A stretch of DNA of 64,000 nt from Eledone cirrhosa. Taxonomy: Eukaryota. The translations under genes were made by a program, and so were the position numbers. Under the pieces are notes generated by a model, which saw only the letters and a list, made by a program, of their open reading frames with translations, had not been told where the DNA came from and made no database searches. The stretch covers positions 49,910,001-49,974,000 of the forward strand of contig OZ024744.1 in NCBI GenBank assembly GCA_964016885.1, written 5' to 3'. The number at the start of each line of letters is the position of its first letter. The stretch's first letter is position 1. Of this stretch, positions 13,436 to 30,289 are shown one piece after another.

Positions 13436-15653
13436 TAGGGCACACAAGAACTGCCCAGATGGTTATCAACTGCCTCTACTCTCCTCATTCCCAAAAATAG
13501 CCAAACCACCCTTGCTAAAAATTACCGCCCAATTGCCTGCCAAAACATCATGTATAAATTATATACTGGGTGCCTTAACCTGTTCTTACAGGATCACTGT
13601 GCTACCAACAACATCATAACACCTGAGCAAGCTGGTGGAAAGAGGGAGGTGTGGGGTTGCATAGATCACCTACTAACTAACAAAATGATTCAGGAAAAAA
13701 CAACAAAGAATCGCAGAAACATGACTGTCGTGTGGCTGGACTATCAAAAAGCATTTGATAGTGTACCTCATGGGTGGATTGTTAAGGCTTTACAGTTAGC
13801 TAAAGTCCCACAACCATTGGTAGCTGCTGTTGAACGCCTGACCAAGAACTGGTACACCAGTTTGATCCTTAGAGGTGAGAAGGAGCAGGTTAAGACTGAT
13901 AAGATACATTACCAGAAGGGCATCTTTCAGGGTGATAGCTTGTCAGTGCTACTCTTCGTTCTCTCACTGAATCCACTATCTTACCTACTCAGGAAACAAG
14001 GTCGACAAAGAAGTGGGACCAGAAGTATCTCCCATCTTTTCTTTGTTGATGACCTGAAGTTGTATGGGCCAAATATCAATGACATCAAGAAACAATTGGA
14101 CCTCATTACACAATTTTCAACCGACATCAAAATGAAATTTGGTGAGTCCAAGTGTGCATATTTGGCAGTAAAACGTGGAAGAGCTGTGCCCTCCTCTAGA
14201 AATCTAGAGATGAACGGCCTGACAATACAACCTCTGCAGTCAGGTGACAACTACAGATATCTTGGACAGGATGAGAATGTCAGATATGATGGACCCATAA
14301 ATAAGGAGAGAACCAGAACTGAATACCTCAGAAGAGTAAAGAAAATATGGTCATCAGAACTGTCAGCATACAACAAATACATTGCCCACAATACTTATGC
14401 TGTGCCAATTCTAACGCCAACATTTGGCCTACTGAACTGGTCATTGCAAGAACTAAGTGAGATGGATGTTAGAACTCGAAAACTTCTCAGTGTTACTGGG
14501 AACTTTAACATCAATGGTGATGTGGATAGGCTATACTTTTCACGCAAGGAAGGTGGCCGGGGTCTAAAATCAATATTAACAACATATGAGACCCGGATAG
14601 TGACACTGAAGCAACACCTTCAACAGAGGAAAAAGGTTGGCAACCATCTTGCCCAGGTTTATGACCATGAAAAAAGAAATATCATTAGAATAGCGACTGA
14701 TCTGGAGGAGAGATATGGAATAAAGCCCGATATAAATCTCTCACCCAGAGAAATCGGAAGATCCTATTCAATGTTCAAACAAGAAAAGAAAATTGACCAA
14801 TTTACAGAAAAAGTTGTGCATGGATACTTGAGGCGTAAAACACAGACCATAGAGGGGATAAACCACTCAAAAAGCCTGGCATGGAGTTCCGACAAGTTTA
14901 TGACATCACACCTTGAGGGATATCTCTATGCAATACAGGAACAAGAACTCCCTACCAAATATCTGCTGCACAAAAGAGGAGGGCCAGCAGCTGACAATAA
15001 ATGTAGGCTATGTAAAACAAAGATCGAGGATGTAAGCCACATTGTTGCCAGCTGCGAAAGAATGTCATCTCGCTACTACCTCCCCATGAGACACGATGGG
15101 ATAGCTAGAACCATCTGGAACGCACTTCGGAAAACAAAATCAACAACAAACGAGGAAGAATATATTGAGACAGATGGCACTAAGGAATACTGGTGGAACC
15201 TGAAAATAAAAACTGCCACCAAATTAAAGCACAACCGGCCTGATATTGTAGTTTGGGACCACACATTGAAAACGTGTTCTGTTGTGGAGATCAGCTGCCC
15301 ACTTGATGTAAACGTTGTCAGAAAAATACAGGAGAAGGAGGACATCTACGGACCATTGATGAGGAGTTTACAAATCCAGTATCCAAGATACACCTTTAGC
15401 TTCATACCCATCATTATTGGTGCTACGGGTTATATACCAACCCGCTTGGACCAAAGTATGACTGAACTTGGATTTGCGGACAAAAAGCGCAGCTCCCTAA
15501 TTCATAGTCTACAAATGGCTGCGATAGCTGGCACCTTCAAAATTTGCAAAACATTCTTGCGATTCAAGGGATGACAATTTCTTTTCTTTTACAACCTTGC
15601 CACCAGCAAGGTGGCCGGTCAAAAAATATACTCAAAATTAAGAGAAAGAGAAA
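13436..15653 (+). mobile_element. 5'-truncated R4/Dong-like element with an open 674-aa RT-CCHC-RLE ORF (13550-15574)
   Basis: [74 protein letters not shown]; (TACA)n on both sides. Confidence 0.92.
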
Positions 15654-15726
15654 ACATACATACATACATACATACATACATACATACATACATACATACA
15701 TACATACATACATACATACATACATA

Positions 15727-16990
15727 CAGGGTGCGGACGATATTTGTTCTCAATTTTCAACTGCTAATCTATGCAAATATTTTTTACTTCAGTTGTCACT
15801 CTTGTCGTCATAAAAACAGTGACTATATTTCCATTATTTATTTTGAGAATAATTGATTATGAATAATTTTGAACCTCCATTTTTGTGGAAGAGACACATA
15901 GTTCGTCTTGGAATCCGCGCCGGGAGGACAAATAAGGAAATTTCAGACTTTCTCAGCGTCAGCAGGAGAATGGTGGAAAAGGTCAGAAAGGAATTGGAAG
16001 ATTCAGGATTCGACTACGAAGCAACATGATCGGTGATCTGACGCCTTCAGAACGCCCGAGTTTGTCGCTGAAGTTCAGGATATCATCAACAATGAACCTA
16101 GCAAGTCGATGCGTGCCATTGCAAGGGAGAAAGGCGTGGATGAAAAGCTCATTAGGCTGCTGGTACATGAAGACATTCGTTATGTTTCATACAAGATGAG
16201 GAAAGGACAATTTCTGTCAAAAGCGATGCAAGAAAAGCGACTGAAGCATGCAAAGAAGCTGATCAACAAGTTGAAACATCCACTGGAGCCAGACATGCTG
16301 TGGTTTTTCTCAAAAGATCAACTCCCAGAACAACAGGTGGCTCGCTGTCTCATCCAAAGACGTGACCAGAGTCATGCAGACAAAGTTTCCAGTGACAACA
16401 TTGGTCTTAGGTGTCGTCAGCTGTCAAGGTGACGTATGCCACCTCACTTCTTCCCTGAGGGCCTCAAGCTGAACACCGATGGCTACATCCGCGTTCTGAG
16501 CGAGGTAGTAAATCCCTGGATCGAAGAGGTAGCTGCAGGTAGATCGTACGTGTGGCAGCAAGACTCAGCACCCTGCCATACCAGTCGGAAGACCCAAGCC
16601 TGGCTGTCAGAGAACTTCTTCGACCACATTTCACCTAACATCTGGCCTCCCAGCTCGCCTAACTGCAACCCCCTCGACTTCTTTGTGTGGGGCGCAGTGG
16701 AACGAGACACCAACAGATCTAGCTGCAATACGAAAGACGATCTGAAGGCCAGGATCACAAATGCCTTTAGGGGCCTAAGTCGGGGGACAGTGACGAAGGC
16801 CTGTAGCCGGTTCTGAAGCCGCCCTGAGGCCGTCATCAAAGCCAATGTTGGGTTTATCGAATGAGATCGAAAGAACAAGTCATGAAGACAAACTGACCCA
16901 AGTTTGATAAATATATCTTAAAAAATAAAACCACCGTGTTATTTTTTCCTAGACAGTAATCTTTTGCGAACAAATATCGTCTGCACCCTG
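15727..16990 (+). mobile_element. Tc1/mariner-superfamily maT-type (DD37D) transposon, defective
   Basis: TIRs CAGGGTGCGGACGATATTTGTTC / GAACAAATATCGTCTGCACCCTG with TA at each side; WQQDSAPCH...WPPSSPNCNPLD has 37 residues between the two Asp. Confidence 0.9.
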
Positions 16991-17513
16991 TACATACATA
17001 CATATATACATATATACATTCATACATACATATATATATACGTATATATATATGTATATACATATATATATACATATATATATATGTATATACATATATA
17101 TATACATATATATATATACATATATATATACATACATATATATATACATACATATATATATATACATATATATATATACATATATATATATACATATATA
17201 TATATACATATATATATACATACATATATATATACATACATATATATATATATACATACATATATATATATATACATATATATATACATACATATATATA
17301 TACATATATATATACATACATATATATATACATACATATATATATACATACATATATACATACATATATATATATACATACATATATATATATACATATA
17401 TATATATACATACATACATATATACATACATATATACATACATATATATATATACATACATATATATATATACATATATATATATACATACATACATATA
17501 TATACATATATAT

Positions 17514-17556
<43 letters not shown>

Positions 17557-17714
17557 CATATATACATATATATATACATAAATATATACATACATATATA
17601 CATATATATATACATAAATATATATACATACATATATATATATACATAAATATATATACATACATATATATATATACATAAATATATATACATATATATA
17701 TATACATACATATA

Positions 17715-17755
<41 letters not shown>

Positions 17756-17822
17756 ATACATACATATATATATATATACATACATATATATATATATACA
17801 TACATATATATATACATACATA

Positions 17823-17872
<50 letters not shown>

Positions 17873-17955
17873 CATATACATATATATATATATACATATA
17901 TATATATACATACATATATATATATATACATATATATATATACATATATATATAC

Positions 17956-18000
<45 letters not shown>

Positions 18001-18033
18001 CATATATATATATATACATATATATATACATAC

Positions 18034-18064
<31 letters not shown>

Positions 18065-18065
18065 C

Positions 18066-18138
<73 letters not shown>

Positions 18139-18260
18139 CATATATATACATACATATATATATATATACACATATATATATACATACATATATATACATA
18201 TATATATATATACATATATATACATATATATATATACATATATATATATATACATTTATA
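16991..18260. repeat. Long degenerate (TA)n/(TACA)n microsatellite
   Basis: Visible directly in the sequence. Confidence 0.95.
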
Positions 18261-18545
18261 CAGTGCCCCGCAAAAGTTTACAACACATTAAGAAAAGTGT
18301 GGTTTTAGGTATTTTTAATAAAGTTAGGGTAATGAAAATTTAACTACTGATAGAACATATAATGAGGCATTTAATTATACAATCATATTTTTAAAAAAAT
18401 AACTGTGTTGAAAATTGTAAACTTGACTGTCACCACATATTATGAACCTGAAGATTGCGAAAGCATGAAAGTACTTGTTCAATTAACACTTAGAATTTAA
18501 TATTCTATCATACTATTTCATTATAATAGCATTATAAATTTTAAA
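18261..18545. mobile_element. Possible Tc1-like terminal fragment
   Basis: TA|CAGTGCCCCGCAAAAGT resembles Tc1 TIR starts; no second TIR was seen. Confidence 0.3.
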
Positions 18546-18611
18546 GGATTGTAAATAAAACAAGTAAATCAGACAAAGTTGGAATTCCTCTTATTAATAT
18601 ATATATATATA

Positions 18612-18665
<54 letters not shown>

Positions 18666-18679
18666 TGTGTATATATATA

Positions 18680-18711
<32 letters not shown>

Positions 18712-18963
18712 GTAATAATAAATTTGAAGACTAAAATCCAAAGAGGTCTCAATAAGGATAAATATCATGTGATGACAAGTACAGAGAGATCTCCAGATAT
18801 AAAGCGATTTTCAGAAGATCCCGTTAAGGGTTAAAGCACCGATTCTTTGCTTAAACTTTAATTTGATATTTATAAATATATATATATATATGTGTGTGTA
18901 TATATGTATATATATATATGTGTATATATGTATTATATATATATGTGTATATATGTATATATA

Positions 18964-19008
<45 letters not shown>

Positions 19009-19057
19009 ATATATATATATATATATGTGTATATTCATTTTCATTTTCATTCATTTC

Positions 19058-19383
19058 ATTTTACGTCCGCTTTTCCCTGCTTGCAAGGGTGGGACGGGAG
19101 CTGATTCTGGCTTGATTTCTATAGCTGGATGCCCTTCCTAACACCAACCTCATTTACAGTGAGTGCTGGGTGCTTTTTTGCCGTGGCGCCTACACGTCCA
19201 CTTTGCAGTGGAATAATAGGGAGCCCAGTCCCTATCATCTCATTTCTACAGCTGAGTAAACTGGAGCAATGTGAAATAAAGTGTCTTGCTCAAGGAAACA
19301 ACACATCACCCGGTCTGAGAATTGAACTCACAACCTTTCGATTGCAAGGCCAATGCTCTAACCACTAAGCCATGTGCCTCCAT
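19058..19383 (-). mobile_element. tRNA-headed CORE-type SINE with RTE-like 3' tail
   Basis: A box TGGCTTAGTGG, B box GAGTTCAATTC, CORE-like CCTTGAGCAAGACACTTTA, and a tail shared with the RTE at 1900-1947. Confidence 0.85.
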
Positions 19384-19420
<37 letters not shown>

Positions 19421-19439
19421 ATGTATATATATATATATA

Positions 19440-19496
<57 letters not shown>

Positions 19497-19551
19497 ATAT
19501 ATATATATTTATGTGTGTGTGTATATATATATATGTGTGTGTCATCATCAT

Positions 19552-19879
19552 TTCATTTTACGTCCACTTTTCCCTGCTTGCAAAGGTGGGACGGGAACTG
19601 ATTCTGGCTTGATTTCTACAGCTGGATGCCCTTCCTAACACCTACCTCATTTACAGTAAGTGCTGGGTGCTTTTTTGCCATGGCACCTCCACGACCACTT
19701 TGCAGTGGAATGATAGGGACCCCAGTCCCTATCAACTCATTTCTACAGCTGAGTAAACTGGAGCCATGTGAAATAAAGTGCCTTGCTCAAGGAAACAACA
19801 CATCACCCGGTCTGAGAATTGAACTCACAACCTTTCGATTGCAAGGCCAATGCTCTAACCACTAAACCATGTGCCTCCA
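19552..19879 (-). mobile_element. Same CORE-type SINE, second copy
   Basis: Near-identical to 19058-19383. Confidence 0.85.
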
Positions 19880-19902
19880 TATATATATATATATATACAC
19901 AC

Positions 19903-19933
<31 letters not shown>

Positions 19934-20001
19934 TATATATATATACACATATATATATATACATTTATTATTTTTATTATATATTTTTATATATATACAT
20001 T

Positions 20002-20044
<43 letters not shown>

Positions 20045-20083
20045 TATATATATACACATATATATATATACACATATATATAT

Positions 20084-21280
20084 TGGTCGTGCTCGGTGTG
20101 TAGGAAAGGCGTAGGTAGAAACTCCATTTTATGTCCTAAATGCAAAGTATGGGTGCATAAAAGATGTAGTGGGATCACAGGTAAGCTAACTAAGAACATA
20201 GATTTTACATGTGGCCGGTGCTCTGGTGCAATAAGTAGCAGCAAGTGCCCACAAACTACTAGCTCTTTCAATTGCGCAGAGGGTTCTATAGAAATAGTGG
20301 ACAGCTTCCGTTACCTGGGCGATAAAATCAGCAGTGGGGGAGGGTGCTCTGAAAGTACTGTAGCTAGAGTCAGAACTGGTTGGAAAAAGTTCAGAGAGCT
20401 TATACCACTATTAGCTGCTAAAGGGTTCTCACTAAAAATGAAAGGCAGGTTGTACGATGCCTGCATACGAACAGCAATGCTGCATGGCAGTGAGACCTGG
20501 GCATTGTGTGCAGAGGATATACGCAGACTAGAGAGGAACGAAGCTTGCATGCTCCGCTGGATGTGTAACAGTAATATACGTGAACGGCAAAGCATAAACG
20601 AACTAAGGAAAAAATTAGAGATAAGAGGGATCAGATGTTGTTTACTCGAGAGAAGGCTACGTTGGTATGGACACGTGATGCGCATGAAAGTCGATAGCTG
20701 TATAACAAAGTGCAGGGCAATAAAGATAGACGGTAGTCACGGAATAGGCAGACCTAGAAAAACCTGGGACGAGCTGATAAACTCCGACATCACACACTTA
20801 CACCTCTCCAAGACAATGTCACTGGACCGAGACCTTTGGCGGTACTCAGTAACAGAGAAGACCCGCCTTACCTAAATATATAGTAAAACCTACTCCAGCC
20901 AGTAGGCATCTCTAACAAAATACACCCCGTCCCACCACCCCCACCCCCACCCGATCCACACCACCCCGTTCTATGTAAAGTTATGTTGGTGCCGCGCCTT
21001 CGAGGCCGAAACAAATGAGATCGTGTAGGTGTCACGACAAAAAAACACACAGTCCACGCTGTAATGTGGCCGTGTAGGCAACACGGTAAAAACCTCCCAG
21101 ACCCACACTGTAAATGTGGTTGGTGTTAGGAAGGGCATCCAACTGTAGAAAACCTGCCAGACAGTCCTATGCGAGCAAGACAATCACTCTTGCCTCAAGT
21201 GGGACTACCCCCGTCCAAACCCATGCAAGCGTGGAACACGGACGTTAAACGTTGATGATGATGATGATGATGATGATGAT
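20084..21280 (+). mobile_element. 5'-truncated PHD-containing RTE LINE with long 3' UTR and (TGA)n tail
   Basis: [26 protein letters not shown]...FTCGRC followed by the RTE C-terminus to EKTRLT*; the 3' UTR ends CCATGCAAGCGTGGAACACGGACG(TGA)n. Confidence 0.88.
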
Positions 21281-21324
21281 ACACATATATATATATATAT
21301 ATACACATATATATATATATATAT

Positions 21325-21407
<83 letters not shown>

Positions 21408-21489
21408 TACACACATATATACACACACATATATATACACACACACACATATATATATATATACACATATATATATCATTTCATCATCA

Positions 21490-21770
21490 TTTCATTTTTA
21501 CGTCCACTTTTCCATGCTTGCAAGGATGGGACGGGAACTGATTCTGGCTTGATTTCTACAGCTGGATGCTCTTCCTAACACCAACCTCATTTATAGTGAG
21601 TGCTGGGTGTTTTTTTGCAGTGGCACCTCCACGACCAAGTTACAGTGGAATGAGATGAACCTCAGTCCCTATCATCTCATTTCTACAGCTGAGTAAACTG
21701 GAGCAATGTGAAATTGAACTCACAACCTTTTGATTGCAAGGCCAATGCTCTAACCACTAAGCCATGTGCC
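21490..21770 (-). mobile_element. CORE-type SINE, internally deleted
   Basis: Same family as 19058-19383. Confidence 0.8.
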
Positions 21771-21779
21771 TATGTATCT

Positions 21780-22980
<1,201 letters not shown>

Positions 22981-23160
22981 TCATTTCTACAGCTGAGTAA
23001 ACTGGAGCAATGTGAAATAAAGTGTCTTGTTGTTTCCTTGAGCAAGACACTTTATTTAACATTGCTCCAGTTTACTCAGCTGTAGAAATGAGATGATAGG
23101 GACTGGGGTCCATATCATTCCCCTGCAAAGTGGTCGTGGAGGTGCCACGGCAAAAAAGCA
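22981..23160. mobile_element. Two inverted CORE-SINE fragments forming a short fold-back
   Basis: TCATTTCTACAGCTGAGTAAACTGGAGCAATG... is followed by its reverse complement around 23030. Confidence 0.75.
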
Positions 23161-23167
23161 CATAAAA

Positions 23168-23882
23168 GACATATATTATACTATATTATTTCTGTATAGC
23201 AATTCAAATTCAAAATCAAAATCAAAATTAAAATTAAAATTAAAACAAAATTAAAACAAAATTAAAATACATTCGGCAGTTAACACAGATAATGCAAGAG
23301 GATAGTTTGTAAGTCATATGTAGTAGTTAGTGTATGCGTTAGTTACACGTGGGGCATGCAAGTGTGTCTCATTTATATATGATTATTGTGTCGCAGGGTG
23401 TTACACGTAATGCAAGCACTTTAAGCGGGTAAGAGTATTATGGTGGTTGTAGTGGTAAGGTATTTTTTGTATATAATAAAAAAAGTATGTGTGCAGAAAA
23501 ATAAAAATAAAAAGGAGAAGCAAAAAAAAGTTATGGTTTTCGTATCCATACTTTCTTTTTTATTTTTATTTTTCTGCACACATACTTTTTTATTATATAC
23601 AAAAAATACCTTACCACTACAACCACCATAATACTCTTACTTACCCGCTTAAAGTGCTTGTATTACATATATCACCCTGCCACACAATAATCATATATAA
23701 ATGAGACACACTTGCATGCCCCACGTGTAACTAACGCATACACTAACTACTACATATGACTAACAAACTATCCTCTTGCATTATCTGTGTTAACTGCCGA
23801 ATGTATTTTAATTTTGTTTTAATTTTAATTTTAATTTTGATTTTGAATTTCTATACAGAAATAATATAGTATAATATATGTC
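23168..23882. repeat. Fold-back inverted repeat with ~340-bp arms and a short spacer
   Basis: 23168-23512 is reverse-complementary to about 23556-23882 with few mismatches; arm sequence resembles 60420-60550. Confidence 0.9.
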
Positions 23883-23984
23883 AATCCAATGTACATCAAT
23901 ATATATATATATATGTATCTGTATGTCTCTTGCGTTGGAAAGGAGGTCACTTATGTGTACAAACATTGAAAAACATTGAAAAAT

Positions 23985-24029
23985 GCTCTGAAGACTCTAA
24001 GCCTAGGTTTAGATGAAACAATTGTAAGT
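23985..24029 (+). ncRNA. Minimal type I hammerhead-like motif
   Basis: GCT-CTGAAGA-cTCTAAGCC/GGTTTAGAt-GAAA-CAATTG-TA-AGT; palindromic stem III, weak stem I. Confidence 0.6.
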
Positions 24030-24069
24030 GAATAAATGCTTTGAACATAGCTTTGATTCTTGTGAATTC

Positions 24070-25722
<1,653 letters not shown>

Positions 25723-26645
25723 ATCATCATCATTATCATCATCATTGTTTAACGTCCATGTTCCACGCTTGCATGGGTTTGGACGGGAGTTTTCCCACTT
25801 GAGGCAAGAGTGGTTGTCTTGCTCGCATAGGACTGTCTGGCGGGTTTTCTACAGCTGGATGCCCTTCCTAACACCAACCACATTTACAGTGTGGGGCTGG
25901 GAGGTTTTTACCGTGTTGCCTACACGGCCACATTACAGCGTGGACTGTCTGGCGGGTTTTCTACAGCTGGATGCCCTTCCTAACACCAACCACATTTACA
26001 GTGTGGGACTGGGAGGTTTTTACCGTGTTGCCTACACGACCACATTACAGCGTGGACTGTGTGTTTTTTTTTTGTCCTGACACCTACACGATCTCATTTG
26101 TTTCGGCCTGGATGTTGTGGCACCAACATTACTTTACATTGAAAGGGGCGGTGTGGATGGGTGGGGGGGACGGGTGTGTGTTTTGTTAGAGATGCCTACT
26201 GACTGTAGTAGGTTTTACTTTGTATTTCAGGTAAGGCGGGTCTTCTCTATTACTGAGTACCGCCAAAGATCTCGGTCCAGTGACATTGTCTTGGAGAGGT
26301 GTAAGTGTGTGAGGTCGGAATTTATCAGGTCATCACAGGTTTTTCTGGGTCTGCCTACTCCGTGGCTACCGTCTATCTTTATTGCCCTGCACTTTTTTAT
26401 ACAGCTGTCGTCTTTCATGCGCATCACGTGACCATACCAACGTAGCCTTCTCTCGACTAAACAACATCTGATCCTCTTATTTCTAATTTTTCCCTTAGTT
26501 CGTTTATGCTTTGCCGTTCGCGTATATTACTATTACACATCCAGCGGAGCATGCAAGCTTCGTTCCTCTCTAGTCTGCGTATATCCTCTGCACACAATGC
26601 CCAGGTCTCACTGCCATGCAACATTGCTGTTCGTATGCAGGCATC
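25723..26645 (-). mobile_element. RTE 3' fragment plus 3' UTR with internal duplication
   Basis: [15 protein letters not shown]...EKTRLT*, then the same UTR and tail as 20876-21280. Confidence 0.85.
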
Positions 26646-26659
26646 CATATACATATATA

Positions 26660-27230
26660 TCATCATCATCATCATCAGGTTTAGCGTCCGTGTTCCACGC
26701 TTGCATGGGTTTGGACGGGGGTTTTCCCACTTGAGGCAAGAGTGGTTGTCTTGCTCGCATAGGACTGTCTGGCGGGTTTTCTACAGTTGGATGCCCTTCC
26801 TAACACCAACCACATTTACAGTGTGGGGCTGGGAGGTTTTTACCGTGTCGCCTACACGGCCACATTACAGCGTGGACTGTCTGGCGGGTTTTCTACAGCT
26901 GGATGCCCTTCCTAACACCAACCACATTTACAGTGTGGGGCTGGGAGGTTTTTACCGTGTTGCCTACACGGCCACATTTACAGCGTGGACTGTGTGTTTT
27001 TTGTCGTGACACCTACACGATCTCATTTGTTTCGGCCTGGATGTTGTGGGACCAACATAACTTTACATTGATAGGGGCGGTGTGGGTGGGGTGGAGGTGG
27101 TGGGACGGGGGTGTGTTTTGATAGAGATGCCTACTGACTGTAGTAGGTTTTTACTTTGTATTTAGGTAAGGCGGGTCTTCTCTATTACTGAGTACCGCCA
27201 AAGGTCTCGGTCCAGTGACATTGTCTTGGA
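26660..27230 (-). mobile_element. RTE extreme 3' end plus 3' UTR
   Basis: [22 protein letters not shown], with UTR nearly identical to 59520-60030. Confidence 0.85.
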
Positions 27231-27286
27231 ATACATATATATATATACATACATATACATACATATATATACATATATATACATAC

Positions 27287-27317
<31 letters not shown>

Positions 27318-27416
27318 CATATATATATACATATATATATATACATATATATATATACATATATATATATACATATATATATATACATATATATATATAT
27401 ACATATATATATATAC

Positions 27417-27447
<31 letters not shown>

Positions 27448-27586
27448 CATATATATATATACACATATATATATATACATATATATATATACATATATAT
27501 ATATACATATATATATATACATATATATATATACATATATATACATATATATATATACATATATATATATACATATATATATATAC

Positions 27587-27619
<33 letters not shown>

Positions 27620-27632
27620 CATATATATATAC

Positions 27633-27681
<49 letters not shown>

Positions 27682-27682
27682 C

Positions 27683-27729
<47 letters not shown>

Positions 27730-27756
27730 CATATATATATATACATATATATATAC

Positions 27757-27807
<51 letters not shown>

Positions 27808-27834
27808 CATATATATATATACATATATATATAC

Positions 27835-27881
<47 letters not shown>

Positions 27882-27918
27882 CATATATACATATACATAT
27901 ATACATATACATATATAC

Positions 27919-27953
<35 letters not shown>

Positions 27954-28022
27954 CATATATATATACACACATATATATATATACATATATATATATATAC
28001 ATATATACATATACATATATAC

Positions 28023-28053
<31 letters not shown>

Positions 28054-28096
28054 CATATATACATATACATACATATATATATATACATATATATAC

Positions 28097-28127
<31 letters not shown>

Positions 28128-28133
28128 CATATA

Positions 28134-28183
<50 letters not shown>

Positions 28184-28188
28184 TATAT
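27231..28188. repeat. Long (TA)n microsatellite
   Basis: Visible directly in the sequence. Confidence 0.95.
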
Positions 28189-28462
28189 AAATGGAATAGA
28201 ATGAAACGAAATTTCATTTCTCACTCTTAGTACGGCACTTACTTAAATGTAAGTATGTATGTATACGTACATACATATATGTATACAGACGTACACTAGT
28301 ATGTATATATATACATACATGCACACATATATATATGCACGTATCGGTTTACCGAACATTTATTATAATGCTTGGTTTGTTTGTAAACAAACAAACAGCC
28401 CGAATTACGCCATACAGTGTTTAGGCAATCACGTCACCTTTTTGTTCAACACTGACACAGGA

Positions 28463-28505
28463 ACGATGTACTAGTTTCAAGCTTATTATCTATCATCAGC
28501 ATCGT
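28463..28505 (-). ncRNA. Type I hammerhead-like motif in a diverged relative of the 469-bp unit
   Basis: ACGATG-CTGATGA-(decayed stem II)-GAAA-CTAG-TA-CATCGT; 28190-28270 resembles 48103-48200. Confidence 0.6.
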
Positions 28506-30012
28506 ATACCTTCCTGCCAGATGGTTGAACGTCTGAAAGTATATACTTTCCTTATGCATATTCCTTGACCCGGCAGTAATCCAACAAGGTTGAAGGAGTT
28601 CTCAGCCTTTGTATATTTTGCTATAGATTGTTAGGCCACAAGCTGCAAAGCTTAAACATTTAATAAATGGAGAGAGAATAAACAAGTTATACTTAGAATA
28701 TTATTTTAATCCAACATACGTTTCAATGTATAACAGCGGGACATACCACAATTTACATGAGGTATCTGTCAGTCAGTTTACATATGCTCAGAAATTTACA
28801 TATTGTTATAAGATTTAATATTAAAACATGCAAAAGATAATGTTATACCATAGATGAGGCTCATATCATACCAAATAATATAATGCAAAATATAAGTATA
28901 TTTAGAAGTATAAAAGCAAAGCAAGAGTAATGTTAAAAATATTATAAGAAAATTAGCACTTCAGTGCATCCATTAACAGATATATTGTTAAAGTTACAAG
29001 AAGTTTTTAGTTTACAAATTGACAAGAAAAGTATTATTAAGTCAATCATGCAATAGGTGTATAAAAATATACAAAAAAATGTAAAACGTGAAAGAGGATT
29101 GATAATGTCATAATAATTCAAATTTAAACTTAATTCTTCTTAAGATTTGTACCGTTATAGAAAATATTTTATTGGTAAAATATGGTATTAATCTTTTTTT
29201 ATATTATTCTAGAATTCATTGAGATATTACTAAATAAATAAATAAAGGAAGATATATAATTAGATAATTATTTTTTGGTGACTTAAATAGATTTATATGT
29301 TTGAATATTCATCAAAAGTGTGTATAAAATATACACATGTAGTTATAGTGTTATACTAGTTGTTAATAATTTAAATTATCAGAACTGAAGTTAGTTTGTA
29401 TAGGTAAATAATTAAGTTACAAATTTACCCTGTATCTAGATATAAAGTGGCTTTGTAATTATTATTATATTTTACCTCTAACATATTTTTTTAATATAAA
29501 TCCTGTAACAGAAATATATTTTCGCTTTAATGTCAGTCATCACAACAAGTTGAATTTGACCGGTAAATTAAGCGCTGTATTCTGAGGAAGATGGACTTGC
29601 TTAATATTCCTAGCATGTGGCATTTTAATTATGGTAATTTATATGGTGTGTATGTTCAATTTTAGGCAACATAGACCAGCTGTGTAAGTCCCTCTTTATT
29701 ATTACTGTCACATTAACTTAGTGAGTCCTATAGCACCCCAGCTGTATGTTATAAACACGATGTATTCCCAGTCAGGTTTAAATAAATCCAAGATGGGAAT
29801 ATAATGTACATCCACAACATAGAATAATTCAATATCTTAGTTTAGGCACCAAAATTTAAATTCTAAATATAATTACATAAAAAAAAAAAAACCATTGACA
29901 TATCAAGGTTCAATCCTGTTACTAAGTTAATTTAAATAAGCATGTAAATATTACAGTAGATAGGTTGAGGTAGGCTATAGGTAGTCTAATGGATTTAGTC
30001 ATCAATTATAAT

Positions 30013-30210
30013 TGTTTCTACTTTTGGCACAAGGCCAGCCTATTACTGGTATACCAGTGTATTACTGGTACTTTATTTTATCGACCCCGTAAGGATGAAA
30101 GGCAAAGTTAACCTCAGCGGGATTTGAGCTCAGACCATAAAGGGCTATAACTCTTTGCTGCAAAGCAAGGCATCCGACCCTCTACCAATACAGCCAATCC
30201 ACCGCCCTCA
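30013..30210 (-). mobile_element. tRNA-derived SINE with Nin/Deu-like core
   Basis: tRNA-like head followed by TTTGCCTTTCATCCTTACGGGGTCGATAAAATAAAGTACCAG. Confidence 0.6.
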
Positions 30211-30289
30211 ATTATAATACAATCTATCTAGGATCTAAGATGTAGGTTCTGCTTTCAAATAATATCTAGTATAATAAAATGAGTGTGGA

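Noticed and set aside
18808-18850. CAGAAGATCCC..GGGTTAAA hammerhead-like remnant
   Set aside because: Both core segments are mutated.
29591-29690. Splice-like signals (TTTTAG...GTAAGT) around an 18-nt segment
   Set aside because: The implied upstream intron is too short, and there is no supporting exon chain.
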